Of a stretch of DNA of 64,000 nucleotides, positions 24,401 through 38,800 are shown piece after piece (the first letter of the stretch is position 1; every line of letters begins with the position of its first letter). The notes under the pieces are model-generated. The model saw only the letters and a program-made list of their open reading frames with translations, was not told where the DNA came from and did not search any database. Position numbers and translations under genes: made by a program. The stretch is from Oopsacas minuta (lineage: Eukaryota > Animalia > Porifera), in the NCBI GenBank assembly GCA_024704765.1, contig JAKMXF010000365.1, forward strand, positions 434,001 through 498,000, given 5' to 3'.

Positions 24401-25627
24401 GCTGTAACTTCTCTTGACGTATGAGTTCTGCTCTGAGGGAGGTTCCTCTTTCATGCTCAGCTGTTTCCAGTCTATCCCATGCCTTATTAATATCTGATAT
24501 CAACAGACCCTCGGGTGGTTTCCAACTCTTCATCATTTGTTCTCTCAGCTGGGATTGAATATTGAAAAATATTTCCTCTAACGAAACTCTATCTCCGTAC
24601 TTTGGTGGCTTCTCATCGTGACGATATCTATTGTAAATATATAAACAATAAATATATACGAACTCAAAGTTCTGAAAAAATAATAAACTTACTTATTGAA
24701 ATTTGATAGTAGCTCTCTCATGCCAGCAAGAGAGTTAGGAAAAGAGTGTTTACTGAGAGACACAATCTTATCCTCAATCCACTTGAGTAGAGCAGTTGCT
24801 ATAGTCACATACTGCTGCTTAGTTTTCTCTAATTCCATAAGGAATGTGAGAATCTTCACCAGCCTCTTGCCACCAGTCTCTCCATCCTTTAGTTTAGTAA
24901 AGTAGTGATACAATGCTACAACATATGTCATGATACTCTTGTCATCAGGTCGCATGACATCAACGTCTTCAGCATCCAGCAGTTGTTTTATACCCAAACG
25001 TCGCTCTGCTACTCTAAATGCATTATTGAGATTATCCTGATGTTTTGATGGGACCAATTTCTCAAACTCTATCAGTTCAGGTCTGTGCTTGTGTATAAGA
25101 GCATTGAATGCTAATCCATCTCTCCAGCTGGTTGTAAAGTTCTGTACATTCACATTAGCGTAACCTTTTGTTTTGATCTGACACCATAACAATAGCGCTT
25201 CTTTCGCGGATTTTCTCTCATTGGACTCAGTCTCTATCACGATGTCTTCGATCTGGAAGCGGAGGATGACTGTCCATATCAGTCCCAATGTAAGAGTAGG
25301 ATTACCGTCTACTATATCCTCTGGTCCAATACCCTCCAAACGCACTTTCTTCAACTGTAAGAACTTGAGCACTCTGGATACATTCTCTACCATATGTAAG
25401 CGTAGTTTTCCGCGATTTATCGTGAAGGTCTCTCCTGATAGTATCTGTAGCACTTTGAGGAGGAGTACTCCATCACATAAGTCTTTGTAGAGATCATTGA
25501 TGTGTAAGCCTACTTTGTCTAGATTAGAGTTTATCCATTTTGTGAATGTCTTCTTCTGAGTATTTTCTCGCTGTTTTTTTAGAACCTCAATGCGGTTCCG
25601 TTCGAAACCGTAAGTGAGGTGTGCCAT
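12449..25627 (-). CDS. SPTBN5: Beta-heavy spectrin (2 CH domains, spectrin repeats, internal SH3, PH), 6 exons, 3899 aa
   Basis: Exons 25627-24693, 24627-24388, 24133-23491, 22615-19902, 19849-19378, 19144-12449 sum to 11700 nt with all phases matching. CH motifs QKKTFTKWIN and SWRDGLAFNALIH; SH3 WWLVKR...GYVPANYV; PH domain near the C-terminus. The size and SH3 indicate the beta-H class. Confidence 0.93.
22697..23359 (+). CDS. Unknown 220-aa protein nested antisense in the spectrin intron 22616-23490
   Basis: ATG-to-TAA ORF filling most of an 875-bp intron, so it is not a shadow of spectrin coding sequence. It has a Lys-rich patch KKGSKKKTVKK and a motif-like C-terminus WEPLSYSA...APGEGQLWGKTTKMWKP. 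Confidence 0.65.
   Translation: MESHSGYNIGWRTDRYRRFLPELDSCKELKNDCSIKTSPEAQSSADKLELMLHTASINRTLVEAYMEDMAVRRDTLREGDLAIAKIEDYNRERNEDQNHIVTSVQKHRTEATKYPQPPELRESKLLLLNDISVERYGKKGSKKKTVKKESSLKTRSPSPTRIFFTESPDKPTVCVKKANKEERWEPLSYSAMGDLGFNFRIAPGEGQLWGKTTKMWKPNI
24178..24353. mobile_element. Degenerate pogo/Tigger-like MITE in the spectrin intron 24134-24387
   Basis: Flanked by TA at both ends. Left CAGCCAACTC..., right ...GGTCCCTTGAGCTTCAATAAATCGGGAGTGAACTG. The right end resembles that of the 27727 element. Confidence 0.55.
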
Positions 25628-26101
25628 CAGGCGTATTCCAAGTAATTCACTAGCTAGTTTTATGGATGAAATATCAAAGTATTTGGGATGTAGAAATTCA
25701 AAATCATGCCAAGCTCACATCACAGTTTCTAGCAAATTTATGACAAACAATGCTAGGTTTATTGTATTTCATGAACGGATAGCGCTGACAGTTTGATACA
25801 GGTAGTGCAGTGCTAGGCTATAGGCTGTTAGCTAATAGCTATCACTGTCCTCCTGGAATAAAATATCAGTAGACGATCTACCGTTACAATATTACACAGT
25901 TAGCCAAAAAGTAAATTCCTCATGAATTCATCAATTTGTGAATGAAGGGAAAATAATTTCAAATAAATTTACTGATTAGCGAGCTATCATATTTTTGGAT
26001 AACAAACTTAATAAATTCTGCAGGAATCGTCACCCAAAAAATATTTGTTTTATTTTCAGGAAATATTTTTGATCATCAAGCAAACTTTTGTAATATATAT
26101 A

Positions 26102-26285
26102 CAGTCGACTCCGGTTAATCGGACCACTTTTGTCCAGAGTAAAGTGGTCCGATTATCCGGAGTGTCCGATTAACCGAAAAATGTTAAATATTAATCCTGG
26201 ATTAGATTAGATTCCGTCCAGGAAAAATGGTCCGATTAACCGAATTGTCCGATTAACCAGTGGTCCGATTAACCGGAGTCGACTG
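26102..26285. mobile_element. Intact 184-bp MITE, Tc1/mariner-pogo type
   Basis: Perfect 27-bp terminal inverted repeat CAGTCGACTCCGGTTAATCGGACCACT / AGTGGTCCGATTAACCGGAGTCGACTG, inserted in a (TA)n tract, with repeated internal TCCGATTAACC units. No coding capacity. Confidence 0.9.
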
Positions 26286-26870
26286 TATATATATAATTCT
26301 GTATGACAATTATTGTATAATAATAAATATGGGAATATTGTATTCAATTAGAAATTTGGAAATAATAATGATAACTTATTCATAGTAATCACACTCGGAA
26401 ATTCTTGCTAGTATATGACCAGGGTCTCATTTATGGAGGCTGGGGGGGAGGCATTTGCCCCCCTTGCCCCAATATGTCTGGATGAAACACTGATTACCAA
26501 TTACTCTTTCACACTTAATGTAGAGCTTTTCGACTAATTATATATTTTGAATGATGGATACATTACTTAGAGATTATCATGCGCAAGAAGTCCTTACATC
26601 CTCAATTTAGTTAATATGGTAATATGCTATTACTACGACAAACTTTCTGAAAAGAATAATGATTTCGGGAAATTTGATCTCTAAATTCTGCAATCCCATT
26701 TCATCACATCATGTATATTCGTATAAGTTTCATATAATTATGCTGGTCTGGTTAATATAAAAGGATACAGTTCAAGAGTCCAGTTCGTTATTATCCAAAA
26801 GATCTTGCAGATTTCCTTTACTCGTGACTGTTATTTCGTTTCATTCCATAATCTGCCAATTTCCTACGCT

Positions 26871-29800
26871 ATGCGTTGGATAATCCTGTTCACAGCGTTG
26901 CTCGTCTGTACAACAATTTGCTGGTCAAGGCATAAGAGTGGTAAACCAACCTCACTGGGAAAGAACAAGAACTACCCTGATAGAGATGCGGTAGATGAGT
27001 GTGGAAGAATCCAAATCCAAATTAAGAGAAATACTGGCCCTTTCAAGCGTTTAATCAAATACTTCACTAATTCTCAGCAGTTTATTGCTACTCCAGATCA
27101 AAGTTATGTCACTAGCAGACTCAAATTGGTTATCGACAGATTACTTCAAGCAATAAACTCTGAAGACGCTATCGATATTATTCAAGGATGGAGTGAAGAT
27201 ATTGACCTAGACGACAGACTATCATTGCGTTATGAAGGTAAATATTTATCGCAGATAATGATATGGTAGTAATTTAATACTATACTTTTTTTAGCTCGTT
27301 CCATAAGATTCAAATATCGCTCAAATAACGTTGCAAACAGACTCAGGGATTTAGCTGGCTATGCTATAGAAGCTGGATGTGATTGGGTCAGGAATGAGGA
27401 AGATGACTACATCACTTGTTGTGTCAGACCAGACGGTATGTTATGACGTCATTTTATGACACCATACACATGAAACTCCTTATTAAATAATTATATTTTG
27501 AATTATTGATTTAGATTGCAGAGTTCCTATTGATTTGACCTTCATGCTGGACACTTCAGGGAGTGTAGGTCGCAGAAACCATGAACAAGCCCTTAAATTT
27601 ATATACGATGTCGTTGGATACTTCAACATAGGTTATAATGCTACTCAGGTAGCATTAATTCCATTTGCTACTTATGTACACTCATACTTCTTCTTTAGCA
27701 GGTAACACTTGTATATTAGATATATGCAGTCGAATCCAGTTATATCGAAAAAATCATAGCGGTACCTTGAGTTTCAATATAACAGGAGTTTACTGTATTT
27801 TGATTATTATTTAAGGTACTATGGATATTTAACTCTTCTATGTAATATTTGAGATTGGTGTCATCTTTTGAAATTTAATAACTGTTATAAACGTCCAGGT
27901 CATTGGGTGATATACACACACACAATTTTTGATTGTATTAACCTCTGAATTTTATTCTTCTAGTTTTACAGACAAGGCTAGTCTACAAGCACGAATTCTA
28001 TCCATCCCATATTCACGTGGTTGGACAAATACGTGGAAAGGACTGTACGTAGCAGAGTATTATGTTTACACTCAAACTTACGGGGTTAGACCGATATTAA
28101 GTGGTGTTCCTAGAGTTGTCATAATCCTTACAGATGGTAAATCAAATGGTAGAGACCCTCTTCCATATGCTGAGAGTTTAAAGGATGCCGATGTTACTGT
28201 GTTTTCTGTTGGAATTGGGAGGTAATCACTTCAATCTATGCATGATCTTCCTGACTACTTTATTCTATTTATTTAGTGGTATCGATGAAGAAGAGCTGAG
28301 ACAATTCGCTTCTGATCCAGTTGATGATCACGTCATTCTGATTGATTCATACCCAGACATAGAAGATTTTGTCAATAGATTGTCTGCTTACACTTGTACA
28401 GGTTTGTATAGCGTCTGTAGATTTATCATAACTCATATATATTTTAATTATTTGTCTAACAGAACCTGGCCCAACAGACCCTGGCAATATCACTGAAGTT
28501 GAAATACCTGAAGATGACTTTCGCTACTTCCAAGCAATGTGTTCATCATATAATCATAGCAATACTACAATTACTATAGAGGAGACAGATGTAAATGGAA
28601 CATGTTCCCTCTACGTTTCTACTGACCCTGATAACAAGAATCCGGGTCCTCTTACAAGCACCATTACTACCTACAGTAACACATCAAATGTTGTTGTAAA
28701 ACATATTACACTACCAAGTGGTATCAATACTACTGTAAGTGTTTTAAACTGTTAATTCATATTTTATTGGCCTTTTACATGTTTCTATCTCTCCTAGCTC
28801 ATTTATATATCATTACAAGGGACAGGGACAACAATGAACGCATGTACTGTAACGATATATGACACTCTGTTTAATCAAACTAGCTATGATTTCGCTATAC
28901 CAGAGGAAGTGTATAATGATCATGTATTAGGTACATTAACTGCAGAGTTCAGATCTGGAGATTTTGAGTGAGTTTTCGTTGCTTAATCTTAAATTAAAAT
29001 CTTGTTAATAGTTTCCGATTTCCTATTGAGAACATTATAATAATTGTTTATACCCTCTAGCTATTACTATTCCATAATACAAGAGAAAGACTACAACTTT
29101 TTCTCAATAGACTCTGAAACCGGTCGCCTCGCTGTATCCGGTACATTTGATTTTGAAGATAGAAACATGTATCAAGCCAGTATACTAGTGGAAGATCCAA
29201 GAATAGGTTGTCTAAAGGGCCGTACTACTGTAAATCTTTTGATAACAGATATCAATGATAATCGTCCAATATTCGCACAAGAACTTTATACTGAAAATAT
29301 ATCAGAAAATGTCCACATAGATTACGAGGTAATTACTGTATCAGCTATTGATAAGGATACTGGTACTAATGCTGAACTGGTATACAGCTTTGAAGATCCC
29401 AATCATAATACTGATTTCGCTATATCCTCTGAGGGCGTGGTGACTGTATCAGAATATCTAGACGGGTACTTAATGCCGTACTATGAATACACCTTCGTTG
29501 CTACTGATGGAGGACAGCCTGTTATGAGCGGAACAGCTACTTTGAGGATTAATATTAATCGAGTTAATTCACAGCCTATATTTATCGAATGTTCTACTGA
29601 TGATTGTGAATTGGAAATTCCCGAGAATTCTCTTGATGGTGATGATTTCCTGAATTTAGATTATTTTCTAACTGCTATGGATCCAGACACTGGAGGACCT
29701 GATGCTGAGTTAACATGGACTGGTGGTAGTGCTCTTTTCGAGATTGATTCTGAGACAGGTGAATTGATACTAACAGGTGATCTAGATAGAGAGACTCAAG

Positions 29801-32800
29801 CTAGCTATTCATTAGAATTCATTGTGTCAGATGGAGGAAATCCTAGTCTATCTGCAGCCGTCACTGTCACAGTGATAGTGACAGATGTCAACGATAACCG
29901 GCCTGAGTTTGAACAAGATATTTACTCAAATGTAATCGCAGAGAACCTAGGCCCTATTGATATTTTCCGAGTAGTCGCAACGGATATGGATGAAGGGTAT
30001 AATGCGGAAATAACGTATTCGCTCGGTGGTAATGCTCAATACTTTTCCATTAATGATGATGGAGTCGTGTCAACAACACAACAATTTGACTTTGAGAACC
30101 TTCCATCTAACCTTATAGACTTTAATATTATAGCAACCGATGGAAATTTTATAGAAGAAGTTCTTGGCCTTTTGACTATCACAGACGTTAACGATAACTC
30201 TCCTAGCATAACCGGTATAAGTACTGTTACTCTACCTGAAAACACTACACTCAATACTGTAGTGTTTAACTTGACTATCACTGATGCAGATTCTGAGGAA
30301 AATGGGGAGGTAACTGTTGTTATAGTTGATGGCAATCAAGCTGGATCATTCCTACTAGAGCATAATGATACGAATGCTATAATAATTCTGGAAAGAAATC
30401 TTGACTTTGAAGTTTCTCGCTCTCATATACTGAGGTTACGTGCTACTGACGGAGGAGATCCAGCTCGTATTACGTCACTAGACCTACATGTTACTGTACT
30501 AGATATTAACGACAATACTCCAATGTGTAGCCCAGAAATTACCAATACACTCCGTGAAGATGTACCAATAAATACACAAGTAGGACAAGTACAAGCTACT
30601 GACGGAGATGGACCTAACTCTCCTAACTCACAAATTTCATACAGTATCACTGCCGTTAACTCACATACTTACACAAACCTAGTAGAGCTATTCTCTATTA
30701 GCTCTGATGGCTTAGTTACAACTAATGGAGCACTAGATATAGAATCATCTCCTCAGTATAATATCACAGTAACTGCGTCTGATAACGGTGATCTTATGCT
30801 CAGCTGTAGAGTCTATATCATATTAACACTAGAAGATGTTAATGAATTTCCTCCTGTTATCAACACTACTGCTTCAACCTTAAATGTTACTGTAAGAGAA
30901 GATGCTCCAGATGGTACACTAATTGCTACTGTTATAGCAACAGATGCTGATTTCACCAGTGGAGGTATTATATATGAGCTAACAAACCCAAATTTTGGCA
31001 TCAATCCTGAAAATGGAGAGATAAGGGTAACTGGGAGCTTAGACTTTGAGACTACACCTTCCTACCAGCTGATAGTAGTAGTTACCGATGGATTCAATGA
31101 AGGAACTGCTGTTATAGCAGTGGAAGTTCTTAATATTAATGACATTACTCCTACAATCAATATAGAAACTCCTCTTCCTGTATCAGAGGGTTTGCTTGTA
31201 GATTCAAATATAACCTGTTTCGATATAATGGATGGAGATGGAGAGGCTAATGGAATATTTTCTGTGTCTTTTAGCGGAGCTGGCTCTTCTCTGCTTAATT
31301 ACAATACCAATACAAGTTGTATAACTCTAGCTGAAGAGTTGGATAGAGAAGGGGATCTAGGAGATAATCTTGTAGTCTCGTTAACAGTTAATGACAATGG
31401 AGAACCTAATCTGCACTCCACTACAGCGTTTGTGCTAGAAATAACAGATATTAATGACAATAATCCTACATTTTCAGGTCCCTTATTGTCATCTTCTGTC
31501 TCTGAGAATTCAGATATAGGGACAGCAGTCTTCTCCGCAGTAGCTACTGATATAGATGCTGGGGATAACGCTAGGATTGTATACCAACTCAACTCAACTC
31601 AATTCTCTATTAATATTAACGGTTTGATATCTGTGAATGATGTGATAGACTTTGAGACTACAGTTACGATTGTCCTGCTTGTAACTGCTAGTGATCTCGG
31701 CGGCCCCTCTCTCAGCGGTACTGTAACTGTTGTCGTAGAAGTAATTGATGCGAATGACAATGTCCCAGTTCTAACAAACCTACCATTTACAGTGAATATC
31801 CCAGAGAATGGAGATGGTGTTGAATATATATTCTCTGTGACGTCATTTGATTTAGATACAGATTTAGAATCTCAGAATCCTGAATACTTTATCATAGAAT
31901 CATCGCCTAACAACACCCCTGATTTTTATTTTGAAGGTTATCATATATTAGCTAATACTTCTGTGTTTGATAGGGAAGCTATTCCATTGTACTCCCTCAC
32001 CATCTCTGTATCAGATGGATCCTTTTCAGCTACAAGTACATTGACCATAAACATTACAGATGTTAACGATAACGCTCCCATGTTTCTAGGAGAATTATCC
32101 TTCCCTATTAAAGAATGTGAACATGATTGTTTCAATGTATTTACGATAGAGACTTTTGATACTGATGAATCTGGTACAATTAATGCAGTTCTCAGTACAG
32201 TGGATATTTTCAATACTAACTCGTTTGTTGCCGAAATTCTCGACACAAACACTATCAATATATCTTGTGTCCCAAATGCGGTAGATTTCGAGACAGCTCC
32301 TACCGAGTCATTCATATTACAAGCTACAGACGGAGGAGATCCTCCTCTATCTATTAACGTAACAATACAAGTTGAAGTATTAGATTGTAATGACAACATG
32401 CCTGTATTCTCTCAATCATATATCGAGATACCTCTCTATGAAGATGTACCAGTAAACTCTGTTATTACTGCATTCGCTGCTACAGATGTAGACACTGGTC
32501 TAGCTGGATTAGTTTCATACAGACAAGTCAACCTAGACAACCTTTTCTTTACTATTAACGCTACTACTGGTGAAGTAACCCTAATAAGATCTCTGGATTT
32601 TGAGTCTAGTAGAAACCACATTTTCTATGTGATAGCGTTTGATAGTGGATCCCCTAGTCTCAGTGCAGAAAGCTATCTACAAGTCAATGTTACTAATGTC
32701 AATGATAATCTCCCAGCCTTTGATTTTGACCCATATGAGCTGTCACTACCAGAGAACGAAGAACTGGGTTTCATATACAGTGATATTATGGCAACTGATG

Positions 32801-35800
32801 ATGATGGAGATACTATTGTATTCTTCATCCAAGGAAATACTCCTTTCACAGTCGAAGATGAACATTCTTCCAATTTAACGCTGACATCTGAACTTGACTT
32901 TGAAGATCAATACTTCCATTCCTTCACTATATTTGCTAAAAATCCTAACAGTACTGCGTCTGTATCAGCTGTAATTAACCTATATGTGTTAGATGTCAAT
33001 GACAATAGTCCTGTCATAACCAATGAAATATTTGAATTCAGCATACCAGAAGACACTGCATCCGGTACATTCGTATTCACGGCAACAGCTAAGGATAGTG
33101 ATTCAGGAGAAAATCGAATGTTCCATTTCTTCTTCCACGAATATATCTCAGAGTTTGAAATCACTCCCGATGGAGTTGTAACAACAAACGCAACATTTGA
33201 TAGAGAAGATATCTATAGTTATATGTTAAGCATTACTGTACAGGATATGGGAGAACCAACCATGAGCTCAACGCAATATTTTATGATTATAATTACAGAC
33301 GTTAATGATAACACTCCTCAATTTGATAGTAACGAGTATAGAGATTATATTTCAGAATCTGCACAACCTGGTACACAGCTACAGGTCATCATTGTATCAG
33401 ATTCCGACTCGGAGGAAAATGCTGAAGTTGACTTGACAGATGACTCTAGTGTGTTTAATGTTACTGAATCAGGTTCTGTAATTCTAGTTAGCCCTTTGGA
33501 TTTTGAATCGAGAAGTGACTATACATTTACAGTGACAGCAACTGATAGAGGTAATCCTTCCTTATCAAATACTGTTAACTATACGGTGATTGTTGAGAAC
33601 GAGAACGACAATCCTCCTGTCTTCTCATCTCCTATTTTCCAACTGAATATTCAAGAATATAATCAGTTAACTAACACCCATGAAAGTCTTGGAGTTATCT
33701 TCATAGCTGAAGCAACGGATGCTGACGATAACATGCTCTATTATTCATACGAAGTATTAAATGGTATAAATGTCTTCTCAATCAACTCTATTTCAGGTGA
33801 ACTATTCGCCTCCTATGAAGTAGATAGAGAGGCTTACGATCAGTTCGTGATAAATATAACTGCTACAGATGGATTATTCAACACATCTGCTCTCCTGTAT
33901 CTTATAGTTACAGATGTCAATGATAATTTCCCTTACTTCATATCTCCTAACATGAATAGATCAGTAAGTGAAGCTACACAACTTGAAGCTATCATAGCGA
34001 GTATAGAAGTTGTCGATAGAGACATTGGATTGAATGGATCGGTTGAATTATCAATTGAACAGACAGATCCAAATACTGAGTCTAGCGTGTTAGCAATATC
34101 ACAAGATGGTCAAATCGTACTTACAAGTGTTCTAGACTTTGAAACAACTAAAGAATATTCGTTTCGTATTACAGCTACTGACATGGGCCCTACCCCTCTT
34201 TCAAACACTACTACATTTACCCTCAGAGTATCAGATGTTAATGATAATACCCCTGTATTTACCATGGCTAATTATTCTGTGACAATAGAAGAGAACACGA
34301 TACCTAATCTTATGTGTGTATCTGCTACAGACGCAGATAGTGGTGTTAATGCCCATTTATCCTTCTTTATCCTGCAAGAACAAAGTGAATTAGAATCTGC
34401 TTTTGCCTTTTCTGGGTGTAACTTGATGGTAGTGGAGAGCTTTGATTTTGAACAGATACAAACATTCACTATTTTACTTGGTGTTCGAGATGCTGGTACT
34501 CCCTCTCTCAACTCCAGTGTGCTAGTCTACGTACAGATTACAGACGTGAATGATAACGAGCCTTTGTTCATCGGAGACTATCCCGATCCTCTCCTGGTTA
34601 GTGAGAACACTGCTATTGACACAGTTATATTATCAGTACAAGCTAGTGATTTAGACTCAGGATTGAATGGAAAGATAACATTCACCTTGTACGAAAATTT
34701 TAATGAAAAGTTCGGTATTACAGTAGATGGAAATCTTACTGTGCTAGAAATACTTGATTTCGAAACGACAGAGAGTTACTCACTGTCAATTATAGGTACG
34801 GATATGGGAGATTTCCCCTTGAGCACCTTTCTCAATTTAACTGTACAGGTAGTTAATGAGAACGATAACAACCCAATGTTTAATCAATCTTACTACGAGT
34901 TCTATATCCCAGAAAATTCCCCTATTGATACACTAATTGGCCAGACCCCTGCTACTGATGGAGATAGCGGATCGTTCGGAGACCTCATTTATTCAATTGT
35001 TAATGACCCCAATATTGCGATCTATTACACAAATACTTCTACTGAGCTCTCTACATTGATACAATTAGATCGTGAAGTTATACCCTCTTACTCTCTACAA
35101 GTACAAGTACAGGATGGAGGAGACCCTCCTCTATTCGATAGTGCTGATGTTACAATAACACTACTTGATGTAAATGACAATACACCTACGTTTGATGATG
35201 ATATTATTATAGTTACTATCCTAGAGAATGTCCCTGTTAACAGTATAGTTGTAGAGCTACATGCTACTGATAACGATCAGCCCGACACTCTCAATTCTCA
35301 AATAACATTCTCAATAAACGATACTACTTTCTATTTGGATCCTGATTATCCATCTGGGACTGTTATAATACGTACATATACTATATTAGACCGTGAGGTA
35401 CAATCTGTGTATTTTATCCAAGTAACAGCTACAGACAGTGGTTCCCCACCTCTTTCTTCTACAGCTAATATCACTGTTATTCTAGGAGATATTGATGACA
35501 ATGCTCCCATGTTTACTGATACTTTCGCCAACATAACACTGCCAGAATCCACAGCTGTTGACACACTAGTAGCTACTTTCTCCGCTTCTGATTCGGATAT
35601 ATCATCAACAATAATTTATACAATTCATCCATTTGATACATTTTATATTAACAGCAGTGGATCTGTCTTTCTAGGTACAAGTTTAGACTTTGAGACAACT
35701 CAGTTTTATAACTTAACTATTAATGCTACAGACGATAGAGCCAATTCTTCAGCTACTCTACTCGTGTTTGTTACTGACGTTAACGAATATGTACCTTATT

Positions 35801-38800
35801 TTCTACAAAATTACACAGCTATGGTATATGAGAATCTGGATCCAGGCGCATTTGTTGTTACAGTAGAAGCTAATGATAGTGATGCAAGTAGCTTGTTAGT
35901 ATACTCAATCTCAGGGGATAGAGCTGATCAATTTCAAATAGACATCTCTGGTGAAGTTACAACAGGAGAAATACTGGATAGAGAGGATCCAAGGGGTCAT
36001 ATAATCTTTCTAACGTTAGAAGTATCAGATTCTGGATCTCCCACTCTGGCAGGATTCGCTTCTCTCACTATAGAAGTTAGAGATGTAAATGACAATATTC
36101 CTGAGCTCATTAATTTTCCATCTAGCCTAACTCTACCTGAAAATACTCCTATCAACAACACCTTGGTTCATATACAGGCAATAGACGCAGATACTGGAGT
36201 TAATGCAGATATTTCATACTCTCTACTTATGGACTTTGATATATTTAACCTCACATCAACAGGGCAGTTACAACTTATAAACTCGCTTGACTTTGAAACT
36301 ACAACCTCATATACCCTCCAGGTAATAGCAACAGATGGAGGTACACCAGCACTAGATACAAATAGTTATATACAGATACCAGTAACTGATGTAAATGATA
36401 ACTCTCCTGCCTTCCAAAACGAGAAATTCCTAGCTGATGTAGTGGAACATAGTAGCATCGGGGATATTATATTCAGAGCTCTAGCTACTGATGCAGATTC
36501 TGGTATATATTCTCAGCTTACCTATAGTCTTAGTACTAATCCCTATCTAACTATCAATACGACTACTGGTGATGTTACTGTTGATGGGGTAATTGATAGA
36601 GAGGTTTTTGACTTGATTAATGTTACAGTAGCTGTGTGTGATGGTGGAATACCTGCACGATGTGTTGATGAGCAGTTAATTGTTCCAGTTATCGATATAA
36701 ATGATCAGAATCCTGAATTTATTCCCAATATGGTTACAATAGAAATATCAGAAGGACATTCTGGGTTAATCCACCAGGTAATGTATATGATTATGTAATT
36801 GATGCTTGTATTTTATAATCTGTTCTACTTCAGGGTATTGCTATTGACAATGATGATCCGGGAACTAATAACTCAGAAATAGTTTCTTATACTATTTCCC
36901 CTGCTTCTTCTGGATTTACTGTTAATGGAGTAGGACAAGTATTCCCTCCAGATCTTGATTTTGAAACAAGGGTAGGCTATCAACTTCAAATTACTGCAAT
37001 AGACGGAGGAGAACCTTCTCTTAACGGATCATACACTCTGATGGTTAGTGTGACTGACATTAATGACAACCCCCCTGTTATAACTATCGAACCAGAAGAA
37101 CTTATTGTCCCTGAGGATCAATCTCCTTCTTTATTGAACGTTAGCATTTCTGCTACTGATAGGGATTCTGGAGTTAATGGAGATGTTACATTTAAACTTA
37201 TCGAGGAAGACACTCCCTTCTCTCTAACTTCTGAGGGAAAGTTATTTCTCGACGGATCACTTGATTATGATACTGGCGTACAATCGTATACTCTAACTGT
37301 ATTAGCCATTGATGGTGGTTATCCTTCTCTTAACAGTACTGCTACGCTAGTGATTATCGTAGGAGAGGTTAATGATAACTATCCTGTATTCAATCAGTCT
37401 CATTACGATGTTAGCATTTTCGAGGAACAAACTCCACCCTATTTCGTCTTTGCAGTTAACGCAACAGACTCAGATTTTGATTCTGAAGTTTCTTACTCCC
37501 TTTCAGATTATTCTTCATTCGGAATTGTTAACAATGGTACAATTTATGGTATTGTACAGATTAATTTCGAATCAGAAACTTCGATAACATTCGCTGTTAT
37601 AGCAACTGATAACGGTATACCTCCTAGATCCACTGAAGTACCTGTAACTGTTACTATTATTGATATAAACGATAATACCCCTCAGTTCGAGATTGAAGAT
37701 GCAAAGATTAATGTTAGCGAATCAGTTTCAACTCCATATGTCCTGCTAAATCTATTAGCTTTTGATGACGACTCCGGTCTCAATGGGGAAGTATTCTTTA
37801 CCATTGATAATGAAACTTCCATCTTCTCGTTGACCCATGAAGACGGCACAGCTGACTTAATTCTATTGGAATCATTAGATTTTGAGGTATTAACATACTA
37901 TTCGCTATTAGTAACAGTACATGATAGAGGAGACCCAGAGCTTAATTCCACTATAACTCTAGGAATTTGCGTGATTAATGAGAACGATAATTCTCCAATT
38001 TTTAATCAGACTGAGTATTCAGGGTCTGTTAGAGAAGATGAGGGAATAAACCATGTGGTTGTAATTGTTAAAGCAAATGATGCTGATTCAGGAATTCTAG
38101 GAATGATAGATTACATTATTTCTGTGAATAATTTCTTCTCAATTAACCAACAAGGTCAGGTCCTGGTTACCAATAGCTTAGATGCTGATACTATTTCTTC
38201 AATTCAGTTAACAGTTACAGCTTGTGATGGAGGCTCTTCTCCTAGATGTGCTAGTGTACCTATTAACATATCTCTTAGTGATGTGAATGACAACGCTCCC
38301 GAAATACATTTTCCTCCTAACGGAGAACTATTCGAAATCCCAGAGAGTGCTACTGTTGGGACAGAAATAGTTTACATATATGTTACAGACCAAGATAGAA
38401 CAACTCCTAATAACCTGCTTACATCCAGTATACTATCTGCATCAAATAATGGATATGGTTTCTTCACAATCGATGACTTAGGGACCTTAAGGTTATCTAA
38501 TCCGGTTGACTTTGAAGCTCTTACGATTCTTACTTTTGATGTAACTATTCTAGTTAGTGATGGTGGATCTCCTTCATTGAATTCTACTGTATCAATCAAA
38601 ATAGAAATTATAGATATTAATGACAATCCTCCAGTGATTACTAACGGACCCATGACCGTGTATTTGGAAGAAAATCAAGTTTCTTATCCCTCTGTAGAAT
38701 ATACTGCAACTGATGCAGATTCAGATTTAAATGCTCGATTCCACTTCTCAATATCTGATACAAGTCTAACATCAATTAACCAAGATACGGGAGTAGTCAC

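Noticed and set aside
12449-25627. Spectrin as five separate ORFs or a pseudogene
   Set aside because: Every break is bridged by a phase-matched GT-AG intron, and the total length is a multiple of three.
26420-26492. Tiny hAT-like element (CAGGGTCTCAT...ATGAAACACTG)
   Set aside because: The inverted repeat is short and imperfect, and there is no 8-bp target duplication.
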